From: Pseudomonadota bacterium
GTDB taxonomy: Bacteria > Pseudomonadota > Alphaproteobacteria > Rhizobiales > Aestuariivirgaceae
Length of the DNA stretch: 24,000 nt
Reading direction: 5' to 3'
Assembly (NCBI GenBank): GCA_963205315.1
Contig: CAUJIO010000056.1
Coordinates: 94,917 to 118,916, forward strand
Under the pieces are notes generated by a model. It saw nothing but the letters and a program-made list of their open reading frames with translations. It made no database searches and was not told where the DNA came from. Numbering within the stretch: position 1 is the stretch's first letter; every line of letters begins with the position of its first letter. The position numbers and the translations under genes are program-made. Shown piece by piece: positions 1 through 8,505 of the stretch.

Positions 1-1977
1 GGCTTTCTGATCGGGCAGCACGTCGGCTTCCACTTCGGTGAGCCCCAGTCTCTTGGCAATGGCGTTGGCCGTGGTGCGATTGTCGCCGGTGAGCATAACA
101 ATACGAATGCCAGCATCTTTCAATTCGTTGAGCGCCTGCGGAGTCGAGGCCTTCACCGGATCGGCGATTGCGATAGCACCCGCCGCCCTGCCGTTGACCG
201 CGATGAAGATAGCGGTAGCACCATCCTGCCGCAGCGCCTCGGCGGCAGCGGCCAGGACTGTGGTGTCAATCTTCAACTCACCGAGGAATTTGGCATTGCC
301 CAGTACGATGCGCTTACGGTCGACCATACCGATAGCACCTTTGCCCGTGGGCGAGTCGAAGCCCATGACCTTGGCAAGGGAGATGCCGCGCGACTTGGCC
401 GCCGCCACGATAGCTGCCGCCAACGGATGCTCGCTGGCTTGTTCGACGCTGGCTGCGAGGCGCAACAGCTCGGTTTCCTCAAAACCCTCGGCTGGAACGA
501 TGGCTGTGACCGCTGGTTTGCCCTCGGTCAGCGTGCCTGTCTTGTCGACCACCAGAGTGTCGACCTTCTCAAAGCGTTCCAGGGCCTCTGCGTTCTTGAT
601 GAGAACGCCGGCCTGGGCGCCGCGGCCGACACCCACCATGATCGACATCGGCGTGGCAAGGCCCAGCGCACAGGGACACGCGATGATCAACACCGCCACG
701 GCGGCGACGAGACCATATGCAAAACGCGGCTCCGGCCCCCAGATGGACCAGGCGGCAAAGGCCACAACCGCAATCAGAATGACCAGCGGCACGAACCAGC
801 CGGATACCTGATCGGCTAGTCGTTGAATCGGTGCCCGGCTTCTCTGAGCGTCGGCCACCATCTGGACGATGCGGGAAAGCATCGTGTCGCGGCCGACCTT
901 CTCGGCCTTCATGATGAAACTTCCCGAGGCATTCAAGGTGCCGCCGATGACCCTCGAACCTGGTTCCTTGCTGACCGGCATTGATTCACCGGTCACCATG
1001 GATTCATCAATCGAGACATGGCCTTCGGTGAGTGTGCCATCGACCGGCACTTTCTCGCCGGGGCGAACGCGTAACTGGTCACCCACGGCGATGTGGTCGA
1101 TGGATATTTCCTCGTCATTGCCATCGCCTTTCAGGCGCCGGGCCGTCTTGGGGGCGAGATCGAGCAGGGCCTTGATGGCGCCCGAGGTCTGCTCACGGGC
1201 GCGAAGTTCAAGCACCTGCCCAAGCAGCACCAGGACGGTGATGACCGCAGCCGCCTCGAAATAGACGGCAACCGAGCCGTCATGTTCACGGAATGTGGTG
1301 GGAAAGATATCTGGAGCGAGCGTGGCGACGACGCTATAGATCCAGGCCACGCCCGTACCCATGGCAATCAGCGTGAACATATTGAGGTTGCGGGTAATGA
1401 GAGACTGCCAGCCACGCACAAAGAATGGCCAGCCCGCCCACAGCACGACGGGTGTGGCCAGCACCAATTGAATCCAGTTTGAGGACTGGCGGCTCAGGAT
1501 AATCATCAGGCCGGTCAGATGCCCACCCATCTCCAGCGCAAGAACGGGAAGCGCAATGACGAGACCAATCCAGAAGCGGCGCGTCATGTCGATCAATTCG
1601 GGATTTGGTCCCGTATCCGCGGTCGCCTGCAGAGGTTCGAGCGCCATGCCGCAGATCGGGCATGAACCAGGGCCCACATGGCGGATCTCCGGATGCATGG
1701 GGCAGGTGTAGATGGCATCCTGGGGCTCAGCATCCGCGGCAGCCTTGATCAATTCAGGGTCGAGATATTTCGCTGGACTGGCGATGAACTTGGTGCGGCA
1801 TCCGGCGGAACAAAAATAATAGGGGTGCCCGCCATATTCCGCCTTGAGCATTGTTGTATCCGGGTCAACGGTCATGCCGCAGACAGGATCAACCGTGAGC
1901 AGGGCCGTAACCGGGGCTTGTGCTGACATCGCTGTCATGCCGTGATGGGAATGATCATGGCCGGAGTGCTCAGTCAT
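1..1977 (-). CDS. copA: Cu+/Ag+-type P1B heavy-metal translocating ATPase (first 659 codons; 3' end lies beyond the left edge)
   Basis: Minus-strand translation from the ATG at 1977 reads [15 protein letters not shown]. It continues with DPVCGMTVD...[12 protein letters not shown] (YHS/TRASH-like), [24 protein letters not shown] (second metal-binding motif), membrane [13 protein letters not shown] (CPC), the phosphorylation site [11 protein letters not shown], and [15 protein letters not shown]. The frame stays open to position 1. It is absent from the ORF track because there is no stop in the window. Confidence 0.9.
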   Translation of the reverse strand, partial: MTEHSGHDHSHHGMTAMSAQAPVTALLTVDPVCGMTVDPDTTMLKAEYGGHPYYFCSAGCRTKFIASPAKYLDPELIKAAADAEPQDAIYTCPMHPEIRHVGPGSCPICGMALEPLQATADTGPNPELIDMTRRFWIGLVIALPVLALEMGGHLTGLMIILSRQSSNWIQLVLATPVVLWAGWPFFVRGWQSLITRNLNMFTLIAMGTGVAWIYSVVATLAPDIFPTTFREHDGSVAVYFEAAAVITVLVLLGQVLELRAREQTSGAIKALLDLAPKTARRLKGDGNDEEISIDHIAVGDQLRVRPGEKVPVDGTLTEGHVSIDESMVTGESMPVSKEPGSRVIGGTLNASGSFIMKAEKVGRDTMLSRIVQMVADAQRSRAPIQRLADQVSGWFVPLVILIAVVAFAAWSIWGPEPRFAYGLVAAVAVLIIACPCALGLATPMSIMVGVGRGAQAGVLIKNAEALERFEKVDTLVVDKTGTLTEGKPAVTAIVPAEGFEETELLRLAASVEQASEHPLAAAIVAAAKSRGISLAKVMGFDSPTGKGAIGMVDRKRIVLGNAKFLGELKIDTTVLAAAAEALRQDGATAIFIAVNGRAAGAIAIADPVKASTPQALNELKDAGIRIVMLTGDNRTTANAIAKRLGLTEVEADVLPDQKA

Positions 1978-2161
1978 GGCCATGCCCGCCGCAACAGCCC
2001 TGATCAGCACTTTGGTCCTGCGCGGCGTTATGTCCGCAGCATGCAGTCTCGATCGCTTTCGCGCTAACGGGGTCGAGCGTGAGGTCCGGCTCTACCTGCT
2101 GTCTGGCCTTGGTATTTCCACCGCAACCGCAACCGTGTTCATGTTTGGAATGGTCTGCCAT
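1970..2161 (-). CDS. Small (63 aa) Cys/His-rich putative metal-binding protein, first ORF of the CueR-controlled transcript
   Basis: ATG at 2161 with AGGAG 7 nt upstream. Sequence: [15 protein letters not shown]...ACCGHNAAQ...GCCGGHGHD. The TGA stop (1972-1970) overlaps the copA ATG (1977) by 8 nt. The longer ORF-track start at 2203 falls inside the -10 box of the promoter, so it is unlikely. Confidence 0.5.
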   Translation of the reverse strand: MADHSKHEHGCGCGGNTKARQQVEPDLTLDPVSAKAIETACCGHNAAQDQSADQGCCGGHGHD

Positions 2162-2200
2162 CGACTTTCTCCTAGACAAGCAATCACTACGATGGCATCT

Positions 2201-2231
2201 CATATAGACCTTCCAACGATGGTAAGGTCAA
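2201..2231 (-). promoter_or_regulatory. MerR/CueR-type promoter-operator driving the small ORF and copA
   Basis: Read on the minus strand: TTGACC (2231-2226), 19-nt spacer, TATATG (2206-2201). The spacer carries the dyad ACCTTCC-AACGATG-GTAAGGT (2208-2228): 7-bp arms, 6/7 complementary, 7-bp centre. This is the same geometry as CCTTCC-N7-GGAAGG CueR boxes. It lies between divergent copA and cueR. Confidence 0.75.
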
Positions 2232-2255
2232 GCGTTAATTCTGAGGAGAATCCGG

Positions 2256-2651
2256 ATGCAAATCGGAGAAGCGTCCGCCGCATCGGGCGTATCGGCCAAA
2301 ATGATACGTTATTATGAGGATATAGGCCTCATTCCCTCCGCAACGCGCAAGGACAGCGGATACAGGCTCTATGTTGAACCCGACGTGCACCGGTTGCGAT
2401 TCATACATCGCGCCCGGGAGCTTGGCTTCCCGGTCGAGCGTATCCGTGATCTGCTGCGATTGTGGAATGACCGGAAGCGTCCCAGCCGGGAGGTGAAGAA
2501 ATTGGCCGCTCAATACATTGCCGAACTCGAAGCACAAATCACTCGCATGCAAGGCTTGCGCGATACCCTCAAACATCTGGCCGATGCCTGCGACGGCGAC
2601 AGCCGGCCGCATTGTCCAATTCTTCATGACCTGGCGGGTACCCACAAGTAG
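2256..2651 (+). CDS. cueR: MerR-family Cu(I)-responsive transcriptional regulator (CueR/HmrR type)
   Basis: MQIGEASAASGVSAKMIRYYEDIGLI is an N-terminal MerR HTH. A C-terminal metal loop CDGDSRPHC (C-x7-C) is present. GAGGAG lies upstream of the ATG. The gene is divergent from copA. Confidence 0.9.
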   Translation: MQIGEASAASGVSAKMIRYYEDIGLIPSATRKDSGYRLYVEPDVHRLRFIHRARELGFPVERIRDLLRLWNDRKRPSREVKKLAAQYIAELEAQITRMQGLRDTLKHLADACDGDSRPHCPILHDLAGTHK

Positions 2652-2783
2652 TATACTCCAAAATTGCTCCAGCGAAGCTAAGCCCGCTCGATAGCGTATA
2701 AGTTGCTGCCAAATTTCAATTAACCAGTTCAATCTCTTGCGGTTGTTGGACATGAGCTGAGTGAATCTGTGCCTCCGGCGGAA

Positions 2784-2816
2784 GTTGCGGCCAGGATAGG
2801 GGACCCAGGCCGCAAC
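2784..2816. terminator. Possible bidirectional stem-loop between convergent cueR and the small secreted-protein gene
   Basis: GTTGCGGCC (2784-2792) and GGCCGCAAC (2808-2816) form a perfect 9-bp stem with a 15-nt loop. There is no clear U-tract on either strand. Confidence 0.3.
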
Positions 2817-2833
2817 CGCGACTCCTTGACTAA

Positions 2834-3079
2834 CTACATGTTGCCAAGAAGTTGCAATGCATCCTTCGCCGTAACGACCGCTTCATCGTGTTTGCCGGCG
2901 TCGTGTTCGGCCTGAGCCTGCGTAATGTGATCGTTCACTTTCTTCATCATGGCGTCATCCATGCTCGGCATCGCCTTCATGGCTTCCTGTGCCTTCAGGA
3001 TGAGAGAAGGGCATTCATTTGCCAGCGCGGGGCTGGCGAGGAAGAAGAGCGCGACAGCACCCGAGATCAAGAGTTTCAT
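2834..3079 (-). CDS. Small secreted/periplasmic protein (81 aa), Met-rich, unknown function
   Basis: The internal ATG at 3079 is preceded by AGGAAAGAAG. Signal-peptide-like MKLLISGAVALFFLASPALA-NE, then KAMPSMDDAMMKK and a helical C-terminus. The longer ORF-track start at 3193 adds a non-protein-like N-terminus. Confidence 0.55.
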   Translation of the reverse strand: MKLLISGAVALFFLASPALANECPSLILKAQEAMKAMPSMDDAMMKKVNDHITQAQAEHDAGKHDEAVVTAKDALQLLGNM

Positions 3080-3449
3080 GTATTGTACTTCTTTCCTGTT
3101 TGAAGACGGCGCATCCCACCATCTTATTAGTTTTGAAGCACCTCTGAGCCGGGAGGATTTGCGACTGCAGAGTAGCAACGAGGCAATAGCCAAATGTAAT
3201 GGCGAAAATGAGGCGAAAGTATCATAACTAACTGATAATAAACAAGATTTTCAAGAACGCAGGTTCTCGCTCCCACGCTGCGAAGGTGGTTGTTGAATTG
3301 CTGCAGTCCTAAAGTTTCTGATGCACAAGTTCTGCAATTGACCGAGCGCTGAAGGCGCTCTTCAGGACGAATTCATCCACACCTTTCCCCTTCCCTTCAA
3401 AGTTCGTGGCGGAACCGGGCTTATCAGCACGTCTGAGCGGCGACAGAAA

Positions 3450-4157
3450 CTAGAGGAAATCAAAGAGATACCTCCTCTTCTTCTGAAGCTTCTCCTGATT
3501 CTGCGGCTTCTCCTGAACAGACTCGGCGCTTGGTGTTTCGGGTGGTGGCGCGGGTAGGACGACGACTTTCGCACCTATTTTTACACGCTCATAGAGATCG
3601 GCAATATCGGCATTGATCAATCTGACGCATCCAGACGAAACCGCCTTGCCAATCGAGTCAGGTTGGTTGGTTCCGTGAATGCGATAGAGCGTGTCGACCG
3701 AACCCTGGTATAAATAGAGCGCGCGCGCGCCCAACGGGTTGTCGGGTCCTCCAGGCATACTGTCGGCCCATTTCGCTGCGAGAGGATCGCGAGCTACCAT
3801 CTCCTTGGGAGGTGTCCAGCGCGGCCACTTAGCCTTTCGACGAACCGTGGCTTCTCCGTTCCATTCGAAGCCTTCCCGTCCCACACCAATACCGTATCGG
3901 ATCGCTGTCCAACCATTGAGAATGAAGTAGAGGTACTTCGCACCTGGATCGACGACGATGGAGCCAGGGACTTCTGCTGTTGCGTACTTAACCTCGGTTC
4001 GCCTGAATCGGGGTTTGAGTTTCAGCACGTCGCCATAGTCAATCGGAAACTGCTCACCATTTGACGATGCGGTAGACCGGATCCCGGCGGCGGCAGTTGC
4101 TGGCAGTAATGTTGCCGCCAGTTGGCTGGCGGATACAATGAGTAGGCGTCTGTTCAT
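3450..4157 (-). CDS. L,D-transpeptidase (YkuD domain), exported
   Basis: Catalytic signature HGTNQPDSIGKAVSSGCVRL. N-terminal signal MNRRLLIVSASQLAATLLPATAAAG. Confidence 0.85.
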   Translation of the reverse strand: MNRRLLIVSASQLAATLLPATAAAGIRSTASSNGEQFPIDYGDVLKLKPRFRRTEVKYATAEVPGSIVVDPGAKYLYFILNGWTAIRYGIGVGREGFEWNGEATVRRKAKWPRWTPPKEMVARDPLAAKWADSMPGGPDNPLGARALYLYQGSVDTLYRIHGTNQPDSIGKAVSSGCVRLINADIADLYERVKIGAKVVVLPAPPPETPSAESVQEKPQNQEKLQKKRRYLFDFL

Positions 4158-4542
4158 GTCAAATTATCGCTTGTTGCAAGTTGGCTTGGAGTTATGGGTG
4201 CTCTTGGATCCTTTGGGATGCGGGAGTCGCGTGGATGGCGAACGGTCACCCTACCGAGTAAGTGCTCAGCAAGAATCGGGGGATTTCTCCTGTGACAGGG
4301 AGACTGCTGGCGGCAGATCGAGCTGGGGAGAGGGGGGCATTGAATCGTCACAGATCTATATGCCGACGTGAATTGAGCTACCGCGCAGACACAGTGCGCG
4401 ATACGGAGCCCGTTTCCCGCGATTGGTACAGTCTCGCGAGCGGAGCGTAAGCCGCCGCCTGAAGCCAAAGAAAACATGAATGACCCGAATGTGAATACCG
4501 CACGGCATTATCTGGCGTGCGGTTCCTCAACGGTCTCGCACG

Positions 4543-4971
4543 TCAGTCGATTTCACTCCTGGTGCGTGGGGGCCGCCGCAGCGGATCGTATCCAGTTGGA
4601 ACAGGTTCTCTCAAAGACACGTTCCAATTCGCTTGTGGATCTTTGCGCATTGCTGGTAAAAAAAGATCCACGAGCATAGCCGAAGGGCTGCAAATTGCAG
4701 AACAGCATGCTGAATCCGACATCTTCTTTGATTGCGACTGGGAAATGTAGGACGTTATGCTCGATTTGATTTTTTGGTCGGCACTTTTTTGAAATGCAGT
4801 GTCTCTCAATCGTAATCTGTCAGCCTGGCTGGACTCTACCCGACAGTCGAATCGGTCTCCTATCTGCGTCGCATGCGCTGTGGAGGAAGAAAATCCAACG
4901 CCGCCTGCGATGGATATCGCCAGCACGACCGCAAGCAGCCTCCGAAATATATTGCCAATCCAACAGTGCAT
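4543..4971 (-). CDS. Hypothetical membrane-anchored/secreted protein with a Cys cluster
   Basis: Hydrophobic N-terminus IFRRLLAVVLAISIAGGVGF, then CCSAIC and a Pro/Arg-rich tail. No family recognised. It sits in an AT-richer stretch and coding status is uncertain. Confidence 0.3.
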   Translation of the reverse strand: MHCWIGNIFRRLLAVVLAISIAGGVGFSSSTAHATQIGDRFDCRVESSQADRLRLRDTAFQKSADQKIKSSITSYISQSQSKKMSDSACCSAICSPSAMLVDLFLPAMRKDPQANWNVSLREPVPTGYDPLRRPPRTRSEID

Positions 4972-5330
4972 TATGGCTGCGTGCCCAAGAGTTGTGGCAG
5001 AATTCGGGCGGGCGGCGGTGGGGTGCTACACTTGGAGTGAGGCGCTTCCCCTTGTTCTCGCCAAGGGACCCAACTCGTTTTTGCACAAGCCCCATGCCAT
5101 CGGGCAGCCTAGAACATTCAAACGCGGAATCGACACGAAATCAGCGGCCAATTCGGCCCAGCGAATAAGCTTCGCAATAAGACAAGTCGGTCGAACCCAG
5201 CGTTTAATGACCATAAGGACAGCTGTATGAATTATTAACCGTGATAGCATCGAATGGTCTTCCGTTGGCCACTTTGGTGTGCGCAGCGTGCTTTGCGCTG
5301 GCAGGCCTAGTCAAAATGCGGGGATATAAG

Positions 5331-6035
5331 ATGGAGATACAATCTAAACCGAAGTTGGAAATCATGCCAGGTGTGCAATTTGGACGCGTGGACGACGTTT
5401 TCAGTCCAGCGTTCTGGGGTGAAATGGCCAAAGCAGCGCAACATGGCGCCTTCGGTGGCATCCAACTCGGCTCTGACCTATGCGAAGAGATTGCTGCATG
5501 CCTACTAGGGGGCTATGGGATGCCGGCAGAGATGGGCCTTGCCGCGTTCAACAGGCTCAAAGAGCGTGCATTGTTGTATTCAGGCGTTATGGCAATAACT
5601 TTGGAGACCGCGCTTTCCGAACCCTTCAATGGCCGAAAGTACCGGTTTCCTCGACAGAAAGCGCGCTTTCTTGCCGCTTCGCTCGACCGCTTGCCGCGAC
5701 TGCAGGAAAGTCAATGCGATTTAACGTTTCGGGATGACCTGGCAACACTTCCTGGGGTGGGCCTAAAAACTGCATCATGGGTCGTTAGAAACCGACGCTA
5801 CTCCGATCATGTCGCAGTTCTTGACGTCCATATAATTCGGGCCGGACGATACATTGGACTGTTCACGCCAAGTATGGATCCGAGCAGACATTATAGAATT
5901 ATGGAAGATCGGTTCATTTCTCTCGCACGGGCACTAGGTGTGCGCGCAGCTGATTTAGACTCGGCGATGTGGCAAGTGATGCGGTCGATCGGATATTTGC
6001 TTCCGGGCACTCCCTATCGAAAACATCTGGTCTGA
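5331..6035 (+). CDS. Ogg2-like HhH-GPD DNA glycosylase (8-oxoguanine glycosylase/lyase family type 2-like)
   Basis: YRFPRQKARFLAASLDRL, then the helix-hairpin-helix LPGVGLKTASWVVRN followed by AVLDVHIIRAG. This has the Ogg2 pattern GxGxK(E/T)AS...LDxH, with Lys and Asp retained. The ATG at 5331 has GGGGA upstream. The ORF-track GTG start at 5241 is an alternative. Confidence 0.7.
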   Translation: MEIQSKPKLEIMPGVQFGRVDDVFSPAFWGEMAKAAQHGAFGGIQLGSDLCEEIAACLLGGYGMPAEMGLAAFNRLKERALLYSGVMAITLETALSEPFNGRKYRFPRQKARFLAASLDRLPRLQESQCDLTFRDDLATLPGVGLKTASWVVRNRRYSDHVAVLDVHIIRAGRYIGLFTPSMDPSRHYRIMEDRFISLARALGVRAADLDSAMWQVMRSIGYLLPGTPYRKHLV

Positions 6036-6060
6036 GTAACCGGCTTCACTGCGTTAGACC

Positions 6061-6735
6061 CTAGGAATATTTCCCAATCGCGATGAGGCCACACGCCATT
6101 GTTCTCTGGGCATCGAGGCCAAGCGCCGGCAATAGTTGCTTTCCATGAGGCCCTAAGGGGCACGCAGCAAGTCCCAGAGCATAAGCTGCCATCGCAGTGA
6201 CCTGAAGGAGTGCGCCGCTGTCTCGCCAAATCAAACTTTCGCAAAATTCATAAGCTGCGTGATACTTCGACACGTCAGCAAGAAGGCAAACAATCATTGC
6301 TTCCGCATCTGGGAGACATTCTCTGGTCACGCTCCGGAGTGCAACCACCTGCTTGGGATCGGCCAAGACCAATTCTTCTAATCTACCGCTTCTGCGAACA
6401 AATCGGAACAGCCGCGCACAACCGGTTGGAGGCCCAAAAACGATATCGATGCCGTGCAAGCCACCAGCTGAAATGGAAGGTGCGTTGTGTCGATCAATGG
6501 CCTGGAAAATCCACTCACTGTGCAACTGCGAAGATAGCTGCAATAATTCAAGTACCTGTCCCACGGATGGACGGGTCATCCACCTCTGACTTCTTCGACT
6601 GCTGCTCACATCGGAGAATCGCGCCGATGGCGCGGGCACGGGCGGTCGCAACGCGATATTCCGTCGAACAGGCCAATCAATAGACTTCCACGAAAGAGCC
6701 TCACCCCGTGGCCGTGGATCATTAATAAGCGCCAT
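6061..6735 (-). CDS. Nitroreductase-fold protein, SagB-type dehydrogenase-like (224 aa)
   Basis: RRSQRW (FMN-phosphate-type RxSxR), PSISAGGLHGIDIV, SKYHAAYEFCESLIWRDSGALLQVTAMAAYALGLAACPLG. The start at 6735 overlaps the upstream QueC-like stop by 14 nt. The alternative start at 6798 would overlap by 77 nt. Confidence 0.65.
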   Translation of the reverse strand: MALINDPRPRGEALSWKSIDWPVRRNIALRPPVPAPSARFSDVSSSRRSQRWMTRPSVGQVLELLQLSSQLHSEWIFQAIDRHNAPSISAGGLHGIDIVFGPPTGCARLFRFVRRSGRLEELVLADPKQVVALRSVTRECLPDAEAMIVCLLADVSKYHAAYEFCESLIWRDSGALLQVTAMAAYALGLAACPLGPHGKQLLPALGLDAQRTMACGLIAIGKYS

Positions 6736-7318
6736 AGCCAAGCGCTTGCATCGTATCGTAGTGCTTAAGACACCCTCTGCATACTCCACAGGCCTCATTG
6801 GCGCGATGACATGAATGCGCCCACGCGAGCACCTCGAACGGGATGCCAGACAGCTTTGTTAGCTCGGTAGCCGTTAAGTGAATTGCGGGCGCTTCCACAG
6901 ACATTCCGCCTTCTTGAATTGAAAACACGCTATTCATTGCCCTAATGAATTCGGGTTTTCCGTCGGCATGTTGATCGTCCGTAGAAAGGCAGCCGATCAG
7001 CAATCGTCTTGCATCTAGAGAGACCGCCTTCATCGCTGCCGCAGTCAAGAGCATCTGATTCCGAAACGGCCACCACTCTGGGATAGGCGCCAAAGCCAAC
7101 GGGGGCTCACCCGCCATGTCACCGGATCCGATTGAAGATAGATCAAAGCGAACAACCTCGTGCTGAATGCCTAAGGCTGTTGCGACAGCGCTCGCTGATC
7201 GTAGTTCCGCTTCTGCTGGCTTCTGGCCGTAGTCAATTGTGATTGCTATGTCGGGCTTCTGCCACCAAGCAATTGCGACCGAGTCCATTCCCCCCGAAAG
7301 TAGCAATGCAGTCCTCAT
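6722..7318 (-). CDS. QueC-like PP-loop ATPase (7-cyano-7-deazaguanine synthase family, divergent, 198 aa)
   Basis: MRTALLLSGGMDSVA (SGGxDS PP-loop), IDYGQK, PFRNQ, DGKPEFIRAM, and the C-terminal zinc motif SCHRANEACGVCRGC (C-x6-C-x2-C-x2-C). ATGA overlap with the upstream gene at 7318-7315. Confidence 0.85.
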   Translation of the reverse strand: MRTALLLSGGMDSVAIAWWQKPDIAITIDYGQKPAEAELRSASAVATALGIQHEVVRFDLSSIGSGDMAGEPPLALAPIPEWWPFRNQMLLTAAAMKAVSLDARRLLIGCLSTDDQHADGKPEFIRAMNSVFSIQEGGMSVEAPAIHLTATELTKLSGIPFEVLAWAHSCHRANEACGVCRGCLKHYDTMQALGYGAY

Positions 7319-8505
7319 GTCCGTTGCGCGACCTTCAGAATTAACGAAGCGAAATCGTCGCTTATGGTGCAGTGAGAGCCCTCCATCATTTTCAGATCTT
7401 CTTCCGGTACAGATTGTGCCAATCCGAATACCGGTTTGCCGAGTGCGCGCGCGTATCCAATTTCAAACACCGTGCCGCTGTCTAATCCATCGATGATGGC
7501 AAACATCGCGTCGCATTCGTGAATTGCTGCGATGTCTTGTGGTGCGACTTCGTGCGCGCTTCCGCGGCCAACATCATGAACCGGAGAGAAAACGTTCAAA
7601 TCCAATTCGATTAGGATACGTCGAGCCTCATCTACCAGCCATCTTTGTCCTATCGAGAAAAATGGACCTGCCAAGTATACCTTGCCGGATGCCTTCTGGA
7701 CTTCCTTGCGTCCTCGATCGTCGAGTTCGACTGGAAGGATCGAGCTTTCGATGAAATTTGCTGTGGCCTTCGAAGCTGCCAGTGTGGCATCGACCGGGGA
7801 TAGTCCGTCGTACATCCAACCCTTAGCGAAAACTGCAACAAACACGTCACCAGAACCAATTGTCTGTGCGGTCTCGACTGAGAAAGCGGGCACTCGGACA
7901 GTACCGGAGATTGACGAGACAATGGCGCCATCGAGTCCACATTTGACCACAACAACTTCGGCCTGCTCATCCTCCCGTAGCTTCGCTGCGGCAGATGAAA
8001 TATCTATCAAATTCGTTAGCGCCTTAACTTCTCCGGAGTTGGCGACTATCGCCAGCCTATTTGCTCGACTTCCATTGGCGCGAAATCCGACGGGCACATA
8101 AGCGGACTGTGGATCGTATACGCACATGTCAGCATCAACGACGGCATCGCCTTCCAGCATTCCGAAGCGGACCACTCTATCTTCCTTGATTTGTAGGGGC
8201 GGCATCCGCTGAATGTTAACTAGATTGGGTGTTATTGTTGGCACGGCAAGGCAGTGAACATAGTCGAAAACCGGATCGGTCGTCCGCTCATGCTTCTCCA
8301 TGAAAAAATCGAAGCCGCCAAGAATTAAGTCAATGTTGTCGTGAAGGTCTGGCCCAACATAAGTATGCAAGACACGCTGGATACCAGTCCCTTGCAACGC
8401 CGCAGCTGCACGCCCAGCGGAGCCGAATACTTGATCGGTCTCTGGCATTGGCCATCTACACCGCTCGCGGTACACGCCGCCGACAATGTGCAATGGTATT
8501 GTCAT
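7315..8505 (-). CDS. Fusion protein: PfkB/ribokinase-like domain plus nucleoside 2-deoxyribosyltransferase-like domain (396 aa)
   Basis: N-terminal part: GSAGRAAAAL, VVVKCGLDGA, TIGSGDVFVAVFAKGW (PfkB signature). C-terminal part: VYLAGPFFSIGQRW...FSPVHD...IIDGLDSGTVFEIGYARALGKPVFG (NDT family). The ATG at 8505 forms an ATGA overlap with the upstream stop. The ORF-track start at 8586 is the alternative. Confidence 0.75.
   Translation of the reverse strand: MTIPLHIVGGVYRERCRWPMPETDQVFGSAGRAAAALQGTGIQRVLHTYVGPDLHDNIDLILGGFDFFMEKHERTTDPVFDYVHCLAVPTITPNLVNIQRMPPLQIKEDRVVRFGMLEGDAVVDADMCVYDPQSAYVPVGFRANGSRANRLAIVANSGEVKALTNLIDISSAAAKLREDEQAEVVVVKCGLDGAIVSSISGTVRVPAFSVETAQTIGSGDVFVAVFAKGWMYDGLSPVDATLAASKATANFIESSILPVELDDRGRKEVQKASGKVYLAGPFFSIGQRWLVDEARRILIELDLNVFSPVHDVGRGSAHEVAPQDIAAIHECDAMFAIIDGLDSGTVFEIGYARALGKPVFGLAQSVPEEDLKMMEGSHCTISDDFASLILKVAQRT

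Noticed and set aside
38-1926. Plus-strand ORFs (38-811, 427-819, 869-1264, 1093-1482, 1678-1926) and short minus-strand ORFs overlapping this span
   Set aside because: Their translations are Ala/Arg/Ser/Pro-rich and low-complexity. The minus-strand frame from 1977 to position 1 reads as a continuous, motif-rich P-type ATPase. These are shadow ORFs typical of high-GC coding DNA.
2235-2753. 172-aa minus-strand ORF opposite cueR
   Set aside because: It fully overlaps the well-supported MerR-family gene on the + strand and would start inside or upstream of the copA promoter. It has no recognisable motifs.
6722-7318. Reading the short QueC-like gene as the housekeeping queC
   Set aside because: There are no queD/queE/folE/queF/tgt neighbours. 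The gene is tightly coupled to non-queuosine genes, has lower GC than the flanks, and has divergent conserved-motif contexts. This cannot be excluded without a genome-wide search for another queC.
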